Assembly (NCBI RefSeq): GCF_001194135.2
Contig: NC_069001.1
Location: 36,453,326-36,487,072, forward strand
DNA: 33,747 nucleotides
From: Octopus bimaculoides
Lineage: Eukaryota
Direction of reading: 5' to 3'
How positions within the stretch are numbered: position 1 is the first letter of the stretch; each line of letters starts with the position of its first letter. The notes under the pieces were generated by a model that searched no databases, was not told where the DNA came from, and saw nothing but the letters and a program-made list of their open reading frames with translations. Of this stretch, positions 1 to 12,932 are shown in pieces. The position numbers were made by a program, and so were the translations under genes.

Positions 1-44
<44 letters not shown>

Positions 45-254
45 CGCACATATGTGTATACACACATACATATGTGTCTACGTGTCCCCAGGATCATTTA
101 GAATAGAAAATGGTCCTTTGTTCTCATTCAGCATATTGGCATTTGTAACACCAAACTAATGTTCTCTTCTAGCCTATCTTATTATAATGTTAGCTCCACT
201 CTGTTTCAATGCATATCAATATGCATGCATGTATATACATATATATATACATAC

Positions 255-326
<72 letters not shown>

Positions 327-917
327 NNNNNNNNNNNNNNNNNNNNNNNNNNNNNNNNNNNNNNNNNNNNNNNNNNNNNNNNNNNNNNNNNNNNNNNNNN
401 NNNNNNNNNNNNNNNNNNNNNNNNNNNNNNNNNNNNNNNNNNNNNNNNNNNNNNNNNNNNNNNNNNNNNNNNNNNNNNNNNNNNNNNNNNNNNNNNNNNN
501 NNNNNNNNNNNNNNNNNNNNNNNNNNNNNNNNNNNNNNNNNNNNNNNNNNNNNNNNNNNNNNNNNNNNNNNNNNNNNNNNNNNNNNNNNNNNNNNNNNNN
601 NNNNNNNNNNNNNNNNNNNNNNNNNNNNNNNNNNNNNNNNNNNNNNNNNNNNNNNNNNNNNNNNNNNNNNNNNNNNNNNNNNNNNNNNNNNNNNNNNNNN
701 NNNNNNNNNNNNNNNNNNNNNNNNNNNNNNNNNNNNNNNNNNNNNNNNNNNNNNNNNNNNNNNNNNNNNNNNNNNNNNNNNNNNNNNNNNNNNNNNNNNN
801 NNNNNNNNNNNNNNNNNNNNNNNNNNNNNNNNNNNNNNNNNNNNNNNNNNNNNNNNNNNNNNNNNNNNNNNNNNNNNNNNCTCTCTCTCTCTCCCTCCTA
901 CTCTCTCTCTCTCCCTC

Positions 918-961
<44 letters not shown>

Positions 962-2655
962 CTACTCTCTCTCTCTCCAATTATTAAAATAACTTAATCT
1001 CAAGCTTAGAACAACAATGTTTCTTCCAATTTGTCTGTCTCTTGTATTCTAGAATCTCTTTCTCTCTACACGTATTCAGACATCCTCTACACACACACAC
1101 ACACACACACGCACACACACAAATGCACGTACACACGCACACCACTCAAACAGGATCTCACTCACATACAGGTATACTTAAGTACCTAGATACATATCTA
1201 TAAATACATGTAAATACACATACATTCACATGTATACACACAAACTAATGGGAAAAAATGTCCAAGAGAAAGCGTCAATCCAAAACTCCCTAGGCCCCCC
1301 CCCCCCAAGGATCGTTCATTTTTTGTGTAAAAAGCATTGAGCATTTCTTAAACCTACCCAAAATACATGTTGACTGCAAGCATGGGAGTTTTATTCAAAA
1401 TCAGTGAAGAAAGCAATAGAAAGAAATGAACCTTTATAGTCAGGTGCTTTTGGAACCTAAAACTTCAGTACCTACATTATTTATGTGTTTTGATAATTCA
1501 GAAATAGGTCTGATGAAGTGACCTGGTTATTTTGATCCATTATGTAATCTATTAATAAACATAAATAGTCATTATCATGGAAACATATGTAACATAATTG
1601 AAAAATCAACTCCATTCTTAATGATTTATTATTATTTTATTTATATCTTATTAAATGACAAAGGAACAAGAATCATGTAATTAACTTCATTAGCTTTCAT
1701 CTATTTTTGCTTTAAGAAACATAAGCACTCAGCTCCAGCTGCACTGCTTCCTATAGCAGAAACAGCTGTAAGCCAGTAATGTTGATTATGTAATTCCTGT
1801 TTCCTTGTCTTTTAATAATTAATATTATGCTCTGTATTCACCTGAAGCAGATGTTTATTGAGTTCTAACAATTGGTTTTTAGTATTGCTATGTGTAAGCA
1901 AAAATCATACAGTATTCACATTTTTACAGTTGTAACCTTAATCCTTTTTTGGTTCATTATTTAGTGCTAAGGTAGGTTTTTTTTTTTTTTAAAGACAAAA
2001 ATTTTTCAAGCAGAGAAAGAATTTGTATTCTTCAAATTTGATTTGTTTTAAGAGGAACAATGAAATCTAAGCCAAGACTTTACGGATCGTCAAACCTGCA
2101 ACAATTATACTCCTATGGTTATCTATATTCTCATGCAATTCTAATGATGGAACTGCTCTTTGTGCCCAAAATGTATGGAGGAGGAAAAGGAAGAAGAGGT
2201 TGAAACAAGCAAACAAATATTTGTTTGTGTATATTTTTTTTTATTTTGTTTTTTACTGATACATATATACACTCATACTTCTGTGTGATACTTTACTTGC
2301 AAGAAATAACAGCCAAGCTTTTCTCATATTAAGTACAGTAGTCTTAACAAAAAAAAAGTGAAGGATGTTTTGAATAATGCACAATGCCTGAAATATATGA
2401 AGGAGCAATCGCTGCTTGAACACCTTCAACCATTGGCCCTCTGAATTATGAATGATTTGGGGGCTGAATCACAAGGATTGGCTAATGTAGTCTTAGATTG
2501 ATTGTGCCTGAAATGGGCACAGTCAGAACACACTGTTTGATCATGGCTCCGCTGGACCAGAGATGGCTTTGATTTAAACATTTATGTCACATTGGATTGT
2601 GTAGTCCTAGATACACTGTGACTGAAAAGAAGGGTCGTTGTTGGGACATATTTAA

Positions 2656-2754
2656 CCTTTAGCACGCTGAAGGCAAATCGTGTTGTCATTTGAGTTTTCT
2701 CCCCTCTCAATGCGACACAATGCATCTGTGGCTACAGTGACGGGTTTGCCTTCA
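2656..2754. mobile_element. Truncated copy of the same TTAA MITE
   Basis: TTAA at 2652-2655 then cctttagcacgctgaaggcaaat; the interior is similar to 12115-12200; the right TIR is cut after tttgccttca. Confidence 0.55.
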
Positions 2755-2759
2755 TCTGT

Positions 2760-2930
2760 GGTGTCTATGGCGGTTGGGAAACAGTATTTTTTATATCACA
2801 TCATTCAACAGAAAAGCAAAAAAAAAAACACACCTAAGAAGCCACTTACCTGACTGAATGTGTGTTGGTGTCTATGGCGATGGTCGTGGTTGGGAAACAG
2901 TATTCTTTATATCACATCATTCAACAGAAA
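2760..2930. repeat. Local direct duplication (2760-2814 and 2867-2930)
   Basis: ggtgtctatggcg...gttgggaaacagtatt.tttatatcacatcattcaacagaaa occurs twice; the second copy has a ~10-nt insertion. Confidence 0.9.
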
Positions 2931-4016
2931 TTCCAGAACATCAGTTTATGTAAATTATTTATATTTCAATATTTCTTCCTGGCATTTTTATCTCGTCAGC
3001 CAAATCTATTGATATGCTAGCGGAAGAACCGTTTTTATTTATTTATTATTCCACAGGTGAATTATGTTGTTTCCTGCCTTGAAGTCTTAAAAGTTAAGCT
3101 TAAAAATATTATGTTGGCGGCGTTTGAATTTTTGTTACGTAGCAGCTGTTAAAATATATATATTAGTTTTTATTGATATTTTTATTTTCATTTCCGATCT
3201 TTTGCTGTTAGGAAGGAAAAAAAAAAAAAGAAACTTTTTTTTTATTTTGAATCATTGTTAACATAAACAAACTTTCGTTTTAAGTCTGTTTATGTGTGTG
3301 TGTGTGTGTGTATGTGCCTGAATGTGTTTTAATATATATGTGTATGTGTTTGCGTTTTGTTCTCCAATATAAAATTGTTCCTGAAAGAATGTAATTTTTC
3401 CTCGTGTTTGTATTCCAGAGTTTAGGTTGATAGCATTTTTATTGTGGCAATGAATGGCAGAACCAGAAGAGCATTGGAGAAAATAATCGGGGAGAGTGTC
3501 GGGCAAATAAGATAATTGGTAGAGCATCAGGATAAGATTAATTAATCAATTGGAAGTCAGACAAACGAAATAATTAGTTCAAATTCTGTCTCGGCTGATA
3601 TACTTTTCATCCTTCCAAAATCAGTAAAATAAAAAAAGGAGGTGCATAAATGGTGAGAGGAGGGAAGAGGTGGATAGACATAATAAGCAAAGGTGGCACC
3701 ACCAGCATGGCCATAGCGAAATTATAGAGAATCAGAAATCAAAAAAAAAAGTGAAGGAATAAGAGTCTTTGATGCCACAGTGTTACTACTAGTTGCTGCT
3801 TAATTCTGTCGTTTAAGCCTCGTCTCTGTCTTTGTTTTAAACACTTTGTTAAAAGATCGTTAATGGTTTCGCTTTGTGAGAATTCACCACTTTTATCACT
3901 GCTCTTATAACCATCATCATCATCATCATCATTATCATTGTTATTGTCATCACCTCTACATTCATTTCTCCATGGCAGCATTATTTGGAGCTAAAATATA
4001 TTTATACATACATATA

Positions 4017-4123
4017 TCATCATCATCATCATTTAACGTCCGCTTTCGATGCTAGCATGGGTTGGACGATTTGACTGAGGACTGGTGAACCAGATGGCTA
4101 CACCAGGCTCCAATCTGATTTGG

Positions 4124-4125
<2 letters not shown>
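4017..4125 (-). mobile_element. Truncated family D retroposon end
   Basis: tttaacgtccgcttt.catgctagcatgggttggacgatttgactgaggactggtgaa, shared with the 24412 copy. Confidence 0.75.
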
Positions 4126-4166
<41 letters not shown>

Positions 4167-4198
4167 AACTTTGAAGCACAAAGTGAATTGGTATTTTA

Positions 4199-4551
4199 CA
4201 GAAAATAAAGGAAATCTTGAAAGCAGAATAGCTGTGGAGACAGCTTACAAAATCGGTTAAATACCCTTAGAAAACAGAAATAAGTGACCAGCGACTGCTA
4301 CGGAGAACTGAATCTTATATCTCTCAAATTCTGGCTGACCTCTCTAAGCTAAGTAACCCCTGACAACAGATACCATCTCTTATAACCCTTTTTTTTCCTT
4401 TATGATTAATAACCACAATTTCAGAGGTACAAGGTTCGGTTCTTTGAAATGGCTTGCTAGCCCTTTTTTTTTTTTTTTCAGCCTTCTAAGGGTATTTACC
4501 TGATCTAAGCTGTTTTCACAGCTATTCTTTCAAGATTTCCTTTATTTTCTG
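4199..4551. mobile_element. MITE, Tc1/mariner-like (TA flanks, CAG terminus)
   Basis: Perfect 25-bp terminal inverted repeat cagaaaataaaggaaatcttgaaag (4199-4223 / 4527-4551), extending imperfectly to ~75 bp; TA at 4197-4198 and 4552-4553. Confidence 0.7.
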
Positions 4552-4992
4552 TAATATATATATATATATATATATATATTTGGCAAAAGCAACAGAGTGA
4601 CTCAAGGTCCAAGAATTTCGTGTGTTGGCACATATCAAACTAGAAACTCTCAGACCTTNNNNNNNNNNNNNNNNNNNNNNNNNNNNNNNNNNNNNNNNNN
4701 NNNNNNNNNNNNNNNNNNNNNNNNNNNNNNNNNNNNNNNNNNNNNNNNNNNNNNNNNNNNNNNNNNNNNNNNNNNNNNNNNNNNNNNNNNNNNNNNNNNN
4801 NNNNNNNNNNNNNNNNNNNNNNNNNNNNNNNNNNNNNNNNNNNNNNNNNNNNNNNNNNNNNNNNNNNNNNNNNNNNNNNNNNNNNNNNNNNNNNNNNNNN
4901 NNNNNNNNNNNNNNNNNNNNTGTATGTATATACATATACTCATATTTGGAGTTCCATTTTTCTTGTTTGCACCAACATACCTGTTTATGTGC

Positions 4993-5035
<43 letters not shown>

Positions 5036-5089
5036 CATACACACACACACACCCTTTTTCTTCACATTTCAACCCTTCGTCATTTCATC

Positions 5090-5400
5090 GTTTGGGGAGG
5101 CCTTAACATTCTCGACAAAGATCTTTATGTTGCTGCTTTCATTCAAAGATGTCTCTGCCTACCACCACGATCATCGTTAGCTTTACCTGCCTTCCTAACA
5201 CCTCCAACTCATGTGGCACTATTTCAACACTGCATGCATCATCCATTCACATGTGTCCTCATTAGTACATGTTGGCTCTCAAGCACACGTTGGCCTAATG
5301 CTTGCCATATACCCAGTTGCTTTTTCATTCCACCTACACCCAACTAGTCTCAGAAATTACACTGCACATCCAACCAGCACATCACACTCATCTCTTCTCA
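5090..5400 (-). mobile_element. Highly decayed RTE-like LINE 3' fragment
   Basis: The minus strand gives broken segments (KQLGI..., GHM*MDDACSV..., ELEVLGR...VVGRD) reminiscent of the RTE C-terminus LG...GHV.RM...EVEG.RGRGRP. Confidence 0.4.
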
Positions 5401-6843
5401 TGCACTCTCTCTCTCTCTCTCTCTAATTGCTGCACTTTCTCATCAGTCATTTCACTTTCACTCATAAATCACAAATCATTAGACCCTTCTTCACACTTCA
5501 TATTCACCCTTTCTGACTCTAAAAGAACAACTAATATTGCTACTTGAAAAAAAACTCAGTCTTCTTTGAAATATATAATTTCTTTTCTCAGCAGTAGTAA
5601 AAATTCTTTCATACTGCCATTTTCAACATGACTCAACACAAAACATCATGCATTTTCTCTTCATTACTCATATTTCCTTTCCTCTCTTCTTTTGTTCTTC
5701 TCATCTTCTAACTCTCCATGCTTCTGAAGAAGAGCTTCAACTCAAAATGTCAAGAACACTTTTGCTTTCTTTAATCTCTCATTGAGTATCATTCTAATAA
5801 TTGCTCTTTATTTTTCACTTTTCCTTCATTGTTATATTGTTATTGTAATTCTCATCATTAACTTTGAACATATACATGTATGTATGTTACATGTATTTGC
5901 ATCCACATATATATATATATATATGCTTATGTATATGTGTGTGTATATATATGCATGCGTGTATGTGTGCATATCTATCTATATCTACATATATATATAA
6001 GAAACTTTTCCATCAATATCCTGTGTTTCAAACTATTCATTCTATCTCTCATTTTCTCACTCATTCCCTCTCATTCTCTCATTCTTCAAATTATCGTTGA
6101 ATTGTTGTTAAACCTCATCCATTTTTTCCCCTCCCATTTCATTGTGTTCATAANNNNNNNNNNNNNNNNNNNNNNNNNNNNNNNNNNNNNNNNNNNNNNN
6201 NNNNNNNNNNNNNNNNNNNNNNNNNNNNNNNNNNNNNNNNNNNNNNNNNNNNNNNNNNNNNNNNNNNNNNNNNNNNNNNNNNNNNNNNNNNNNNNNNNNN
6301 NNNNNNNNNNNNNNNNNNNNNNNNNNNNNNNNNNNNNNNNNNNNNNNNNNNNNNNNNNNNNNNNNNNNNNNNNNNNNNNNNNNNNNNNNNNNNNNNNNNN
6401 NNNNNNNNNNNNNNNNNNNNNNNNNNNNNNNNNNNNNNNNNNNNNNNNNNNNNNNNNNNNNNNNNNNNNNNNNNNNNNNNNNNNNNNNNNNNNNNNNNNN
6501 NNNNNNNNNNNNNNNNNNNNNNNNNNNNNNNNNNNNNNNNNNNNNNNNNNNNNNNNNNNNNNNNNNNNNNNNNNNNNNNNNNNNNNNNNNNNNNNNNNNN
6601 NNNNNNNNNNNNNNNNNNNNNNNNNNNNNNNNNNNNNNNNNNNNNNNNNNNNNNNNNNNNNNNNNNNNNNNNNNNNNNNNNNNNNNNNNNNNNNNNNNNN
6701 NNNNNNNNNNNNNNNNNNNNNNNNNNNNNNNNNNNNNNNNNNNNNNNNNNNNNNNNNNNNNNNNNNNNNNNNNNNNNNNNNNNNNNNNNNNNNNNNNNNN
6801 NNNNNNNNNNNNNNNNNNNNNNNNNNNNNNNNNNNNNNNNGTC

Positions 6844-6873
<30 letters not shown>

Positions 6874-6878
<5 letters not shown>

Positions 6879-7230
6879 GAGCACTCAGAGAGCGCAAACC
6901 TCTGCCAAGGCAACACCAACATCCTCTCAACAATTAGCCAAAGACGATTTTTAAAATGAGAATATCTGAAATAAACTCGACTGCTCTCACAAACGAGAAT
7001 ACTAAAAATGACTCGACCGCTCTCAAAAACTAAGTAAAAGAATCAGAAAAATAATCCAGAATCCTTGTCCAGTAACAAATCGATCCCTAAATCTAATTAG
7101 TTCGTGCCAGTTACGAGGCCAAACATCCCTGAAAGTTTCATCCAAATCCATCCAGCAGTTCTTGCAATATCTTGTCCGTGGACAAATATAACTGAAAACA
7201 ATACCTCTGCCTTCGCTAAGGCGAAGGTAA
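6874..7230 (+). mobile_element. Non-autonomous Helentron-type element (HINE/DINE-1-like)
   Basis: Starts AACAAGAG, has subterminal acctctgcc near the left end and a terminal hairpin tacctctgcctt-cgct-aaggcgaaggta (7202-7229), and sits in (AAT)n. A second copy lies at ~20988-21282. Confidence 0.6.
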
Positions 7231-7239
7231 TAATAATAA

Positions 7240-7462
7240 TAATAATAACAATCCTTTCTAATATAGGCACAAAGCCTGAAATGTTGGGGGATGGGAACCA
7301 GTCAGTTACATCATCCCACCCAGTTCACAGCTGGTGCTTTTTTTTATTAACCCACAAGAGGATGGAAATCAATGTTGATCTCAACAGAATATGAACTCAG
7401 AACATAAAGCCAGATGAAAATTCCACAAAGCATTTTGTCTGTTAACAGGCTTGCCATCTTTA
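7240..7462 (-). mobile_element. tRNA-derived SINE family A, diverged
   Basis: The reverse complement matches the family A head, B-box region (ttctgagttca) and ttgtgcctatattagaaagg-(ATT)n tail. Confidence 0.75.
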
Positions 7463-7481
7463 ATGGTAATAAAAATGATAA

Positions 7482-7519
<38 letters not shown>

Positions 7520-8961
7520 CATTCAACTGGCCTTTGTTTAGAGATTTCGCTTGTATTTTAGTAGAATTAAATGGATATAACTTAATGAGATAATATAACC
7601 CCTATAAAATAATCAACAAATGAATTAATCCATTTTATATACCTACTGTTGCCAATTTTATAGCCCTTATTAACAAGTTATCATGTGTTTGGTCAGAAAT
7701 AGCTGCCAAATCTATAAATCGCACCTTACAGTCTTAAACAAAGGACCCTTCGGGTTATATTAGTCCCAGATACTTTTGGCATAAAAAGCTGAGATGGTCT
7801 TGATCAAAATGCTGTTTAATCACAGATTTACTCTATCTTGATTGACTTAGGGTTAAACAACCATGAAAGTAAGTCAGGGAGTCTACTTTGTTACTTAACC
7901 TGCTGGAAATAGCAGCCATAATCTTTCTAATATCACATCCCTGACAAGTGATAAAACATTGCATGATATGGTGTTAGAAATATCCCTGGAGTATGTATCC
8001 TGGAATGGTCCTCGGGTACCTTTAGAAGAGTAGTCCACCCTACTGCAAGTATTTGGGCCAAATTTCCAGACTGAAGATATTTTGGGAGTAAATAAACAAC
8101 AACAACAACAACAATACCAGCATGACCAGCAGTGGCCACCACTACTTGAAGCTTTGTGAATGAATTTCTGCCTCTTTTTCATCTTTGTCTTCGTTACACT
8201 TGATGTCTGTATTCATTAACAAATGTTTGTCATCTTATCTCCATTTCATCTTGTGTGTTGTACAACAAAAAAACTGTCCTGTATTTGCCATCGTGTGTCG
8301 TTTTTCTCTCTCATCAAGTTGTTAATTATTTTCATTATACCTCTATATCATTATACCTATTTCATTAAAAAGTCTGTCATTTGAATTTCATTACCATTTT
8401 CATCCATTTCCTTCATTTCATTTTATTCATGGCATCAGAATACCATAAAGGGGTTTTTGTGTTCCTAAAATATTTACAATCTTTATCAATTCATCGTGTA
8501 GATGTGGCAATGTATTTCTTGACCAGATATTATTTCAGGCCAGATAATGACCACATTGCTTGTTTAGCTTAAAATTTAGTTTCCAATGTTTCTTCTTTTA
8601 CTCAACAATATATATCTTCATAATTTGATGAGGAAACATTGGTAATTTTTTGAAATTTGTTGAGAGAAATTGATAATTTTTTCATTAAGAACAATCTGTT
8701 GTTTTAGAATATGACTCTTCATATTCTGTTACATTTATCAAAGACATGACAATATTTAAATAATTAGCTAATTCTCAATTAAATCAAAGGAATAATTAAA
8801 CAAAATCTAATTTATTTCATAAGAATTTACAAATTTTACGAGAATGTGAAATATTTCATTTTTAACTGTAGAACTCAAAGAAGATGAAACCATAAATACT
8901 AGCATATATGTATTGGATCAAAAACTCATTGCTTATAAGCTGATATTCCTAGCTCTGAGTA

Positions 8962-9385
8962 GGGCGGTGAGCTGGTCAAATTGTTAACACACCCGATGAA
9001 ATACTTAGTATTCAAATTCCGCTCAGGTCGATTTTGTCTTTCGTCCTTTCAGGGTTAATAAAACAAGTACCAGTTGGATACTGGGGGGGGGGGGGTCGAT
9101 GTAATCGACTTAACCCCTCCCCCAAAATTGCTGGCTTTGTGCCAGAATATGAAATCATTATGAGTAGCTCTAATTAAAGCAGCAGCTGGTAAAATCATTA
9201 GCATGCTGGGCAAAATGCTTAATGGTATTTTGTTTTGTTTGATGCTCTGAATTCAAATTTTGCTGAGGTCAGCTTTGCCTTTCATTCTTTCAGGGTCTAC
9301 GAAATAAGAACCATTTGAGTACTGGGGTTGACTTAACTGCCTCTCCCAAAATTGCTGGCCTTGTGCCAAAATTTGAAGCCAGTAT
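8962..9385 (+). mobile_element. Two head-to-tail SINE family A copies (8962-9160, 9181-9385)
   Basis: Both share ggtgagctgg/agcagctgg heads, ttcaaatt B-box remnants, aagtacc/aagaacc...tactgggg and ccccaaaattgctgg...ttgtgcc tails. Confidence 0.8.
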
Positions 9386-12114
9386 TTAAAGCACTGAGTT
9401 CTACAATTAAAAACAAAAAAGATGAATAATTATTTTCCTATTTTTCAATTTTATTCTACAAATAAATAAATATGAGAAAATTTACTTTGCTGAATTTTGA
9501 AAATTATACATATTTCGAAAATGTTCATTTGCTAACGAGCAAACTTATCTCCTCCCTTCGAAATAATTACCTTTCAAGAAATACAAGTTAGAACGTACCT
9601 GATGCTATGTCCCTTAAGGGTTGTTCTTGCTCCCTTTTATATATATATATATTTTTTTTTTTTAAACACCTGTTTCTAATTTGAATTTTTTTTTTTAATT
9701 AGGAAAGTAAGTATGTCTAGATATTTAAACTAGAAAATAGACTGTAAGTATTTATAGGTTTTCATCTCCTATTCAAGAATTTCCATATTTTATAGATTTC
9801 TTTTTATATGTTAAATTAAAAGTTAATAAGGGCACTTGATTAGCATATTCGGTAGANNNNNNNNNNNNNNNNNNNNNNNNNNNNNNNNNNNNNNNNNNNN
9901 NNNNNNNNNNNNNNNNNNNNNNNNNNNNNNNNNNNNNNNNNNNNNNNNNNNNNNNNNNNNNNNNNNNNNNNNNNNNNNNNNNNNNNNNNNNNNNNNNNNN
10001 NNNNNNNNNNNNNNNNNNNNNNNNNNNNNNNNNNNNNNNNNNNNNNNNNNNNNNNNNNNNNNNNNNNNNNNNNNNNNNNNNNNNNNNNNNNNNNNNNNNN
10101 NNNNNNNNNNNNNNNNNNNNNNNNNNNNNNNNNNNNNNNNNNNNNNNNNNNNNNNNNNNNNNNNNNNNNNNNNNNNNNNNNNNNNNNNNNNNNNNNNNNN
10201 NNNNNNNNNNNNNNNNNNNNNNNNNNNNNNNNNNNNNNNNNNNNNNNNNNNNNNNNNNNNNNNNNNNNNNNNNNNNNNNNNNNNNNNNNNNNNNNNNNNN
10301 NNNNNNNNNNNNNNNNNNNNNNNNNNNNNNNNNNNNNNNNNNNNNNNNNNNNNNNNNNNNNNNNNNNNNNNNNNNNNNNNNNNNNNNNNNNNNNNNNNNN
10401 NNNNNNNNNNNNNNNNNNNNNNNNNNNNNNNNNNNNNNNNNNNNNNNNNNNNNNNNNNNNNNNNNNNNNNNNNNNNNNNNNNNNNNNNNNNNNNNNNNNN
10501 NNNNNNNNNNNNNNNNNNNNNNNNNNNNNNNNNNNNNNNNNNNNNNNNNNNNNNNNNNNNNNNNNNNNNNNNNNNNNNNNNNNNNNNNNNNNNNNNNNNN
10601 NNNNNNNNNNNNNNNNNNNNNNNNNNNNNNNNNNNNNNNNNNNNNNNNNNNNNNNNNNNNNNNNNNNNNNNNNNNNNNNTTTTTTTTTTTTTTTTTTATT
10701 CAAGATTTAAGATATTTTGAAGATCTAACATCTTTTCAATGATTTTTTGTTTTTAAAGATAAATCGAAATAATATCTCTTGGAACTGACAGGTATTCAAA
10801 TTAAAAAAAAAATGACTTCAAATGTTGTTTTTTTATTTCTGCTTTTTCATCCCCTTCTTTTTGCATTGTCACATTTGAAGTGACTGTGTCCACCGCCTGA
10901 AGGAGAGAAAGGAATGGTCTAAACAATCCTCGAAGAATTCTCTTTGAATACTCATTGACTTTGTTACCTACATTGCTTTTATCATCGTTATTATTATTAT
11001 TATTTTTATTATAAATGAATTAATTTTTTTTATTTTTTATTTAATGCTATGGTTGCATTTCCAGGCTGTCCCTTTATCCTGATTTCTACTTCCATTGTCC
11101 ATCCTTTGAAAACACGGAACTTTCAAAAAGTGATGGGTGAGTCCTTCAGGGCCTTATCAATAAACAAATAACAGCACATTACAGCTCTCCTTGCTAATTG
11201 GCTTTTTTTTTTTTTTTTTTTTTTTTTTTTGTTCGTTTACCCTTCATTGATGAAAGAAAACGATGAATGAGACCCTTAGACCCTTTTAATATCATCATCG
11301 GACCCTGTTCAATAACAAATCACCTTATCACTGCTTCTCTCAGCCTCACTCCCTCTTAGCGAGACATTTAGTCAAGTAACACCTCTAGTTTGTATGTTAG
11401 ACGGATGTCACATTCACACCGCTGCCAACCTACTTTTCAAATTTTGTTCGTTTGGTTGTTGTTAATAATGATTATTATAATTATCGTTATTATTAATAAT
11501 AATTGATGTTTGTTATTGTTGACACGAAAGCACTGAAATAACCTTGAGCTATCGTTAAAAGTACCTACACTGAAAACAAACCAGAAGTCATACTTAGAGC
11601 ACATCTATTGTTAGTACTGACTATTAAATTAGTACACCTCATTTTAAGGTATCACTCTTTGGATTTCTAGACATTCTTTAACATTTCCCTGACATTTATT
11701 CGACCATTTTATCTATCATTGGGTACTGAACTTTATTTAAAATTAATCTCTTATATTGTTATTGCTAAAAAAAAAAAAAAAAACTCTTTTGCTTTTAATT
11801 TTATGTTTTTTGTTACAAATATTTTCCCTTTTTTAAAGTACTGTTGTACTCATATCAAGAAAAGGTAAATATTACATGAATCACACAGAAAGGGTTGTTG
11901 ACTCAGATTAAAATATATTTTTCCAAAATATGGTCAGGAGAAAGACTAATGTAATCTATAACAGACATAGCGACCAATTACTTTGGGGGCAAACATTTTG
12001 GTCCCTTCAGCCCTTTTTTGAATATATACGGAAGTCCATTCACAGCTTCATAGAGTCTATAACAGACACGGTGACTTTGGAGACACACATTTCAATCCTC
12101 TTAGCACGCTTTCA

Positions 12115-12245
12115 CCTCTAGCACGCTGAATGCAAATCATGTTACCATATGAGTTATCTCTCCCTCTTGATGCAACACAATGTGCCTGCAGCTACAGGGG
12201 AGAAAACTCATCCAGCAACAGAATTTGCTTTCAGCATGCTAAAGG
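12115..12245. mobile_element. Short MITE with piggyBac-like TTAA flank
   Basis: 23-bp terminal inverted repeats matching 20/23; right flank TTAA (12246-12249), left flank TTCA. Confidence 0.6.
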
Positions 12246-12662
12246 TTAAGTATACATAAGTCCATTCATGTCTTCACAGTCACATCGCCTTTATTCCTTG
12301 CCATTCACAAAGATTTCACTGAAATATTTCTGTACAATAAATTTAGCTTAGGTTATGATGGCTTTTGTTTTGTTTTGATTTTTTTCTTTTTTGTTCTTTT
12401 CACATTTTCTTTTCTTTTTGGGGGTGTGGTAGGGTTGGTACCCACACTCTCTGTTCGTTGTGTGGTTCTGCAAATTTAGTAGTTTTGCATGATTTGTTGA
12501 AAAAGGATTTCAGCCACAGAAAACTGTCATTCATTACTTTGTTTAATCAACCAAAAAGTTAAAATCAAACACACACACACGTATATGTGAATGCACATGG
12601 CCTGTATATAAATACAGAGATAGATTATGCATATATGCATATTTATAAGTATATATTTGTAT

Positions 12663-12707
<45 letters not shown>

Positions 12708-12810
12708 TCTGTGTGTGTATATATATATGTGCATATTAGCTAAAAGGTCAAAAGAAAAAAAAGCAAACAAACAGATTAAGAAATAAAGAGAGGGTCTTGG
12801 CATAGTCATT

Positions 12811-12932
12811 GCAGTGAACTAGCTGAGTCATTAGAGCCTCCTACTATTTGTTCCGGCTCTCTACATCCTGAGTTCAAATCTCATCAAGGTCAGCTTTGCA
12901 TTTCTATCCTTTCAGGGGTTGATAAGAATGGT
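12811..12932 (+). mobile_element. Partial SINE family A
   Basis: ctgagttcaaatc...aaggtcagctttgc...tcctttcaggggttgataa. Confidence 0.65.

Noticed and set aside
1510-1516. CTGATGA here and on the minus strand at ~5440-5446
   Set aside because: There is no stem II followed by GAAA and no closing stem I, so these are not hammerheads.
1717-1767. Possible 51-nt phase-0 exon (KHKHSAPAALLPIAETA) with AG/GTAAGC
   Set aside because: No recognisable homology, and the phase does not match the next confirmed acceptor; such signals arise by chance.
3258-3981. Minus-strand 89-aa and 80-aa ORFs
   Set aside because: They are partly microsatellite-derived, with no recognisable motifs or convincing splice context.
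7860-8182. GC-richer segment with 95-aa and 69-aa minus ORFs and an ATGAAA|GTAAGT motif
   Set aside because: No domain is recognised, it includes a (CAA)n tract, and part resembles a decayed interspersed repeat as I recall it; unsupported as coding.
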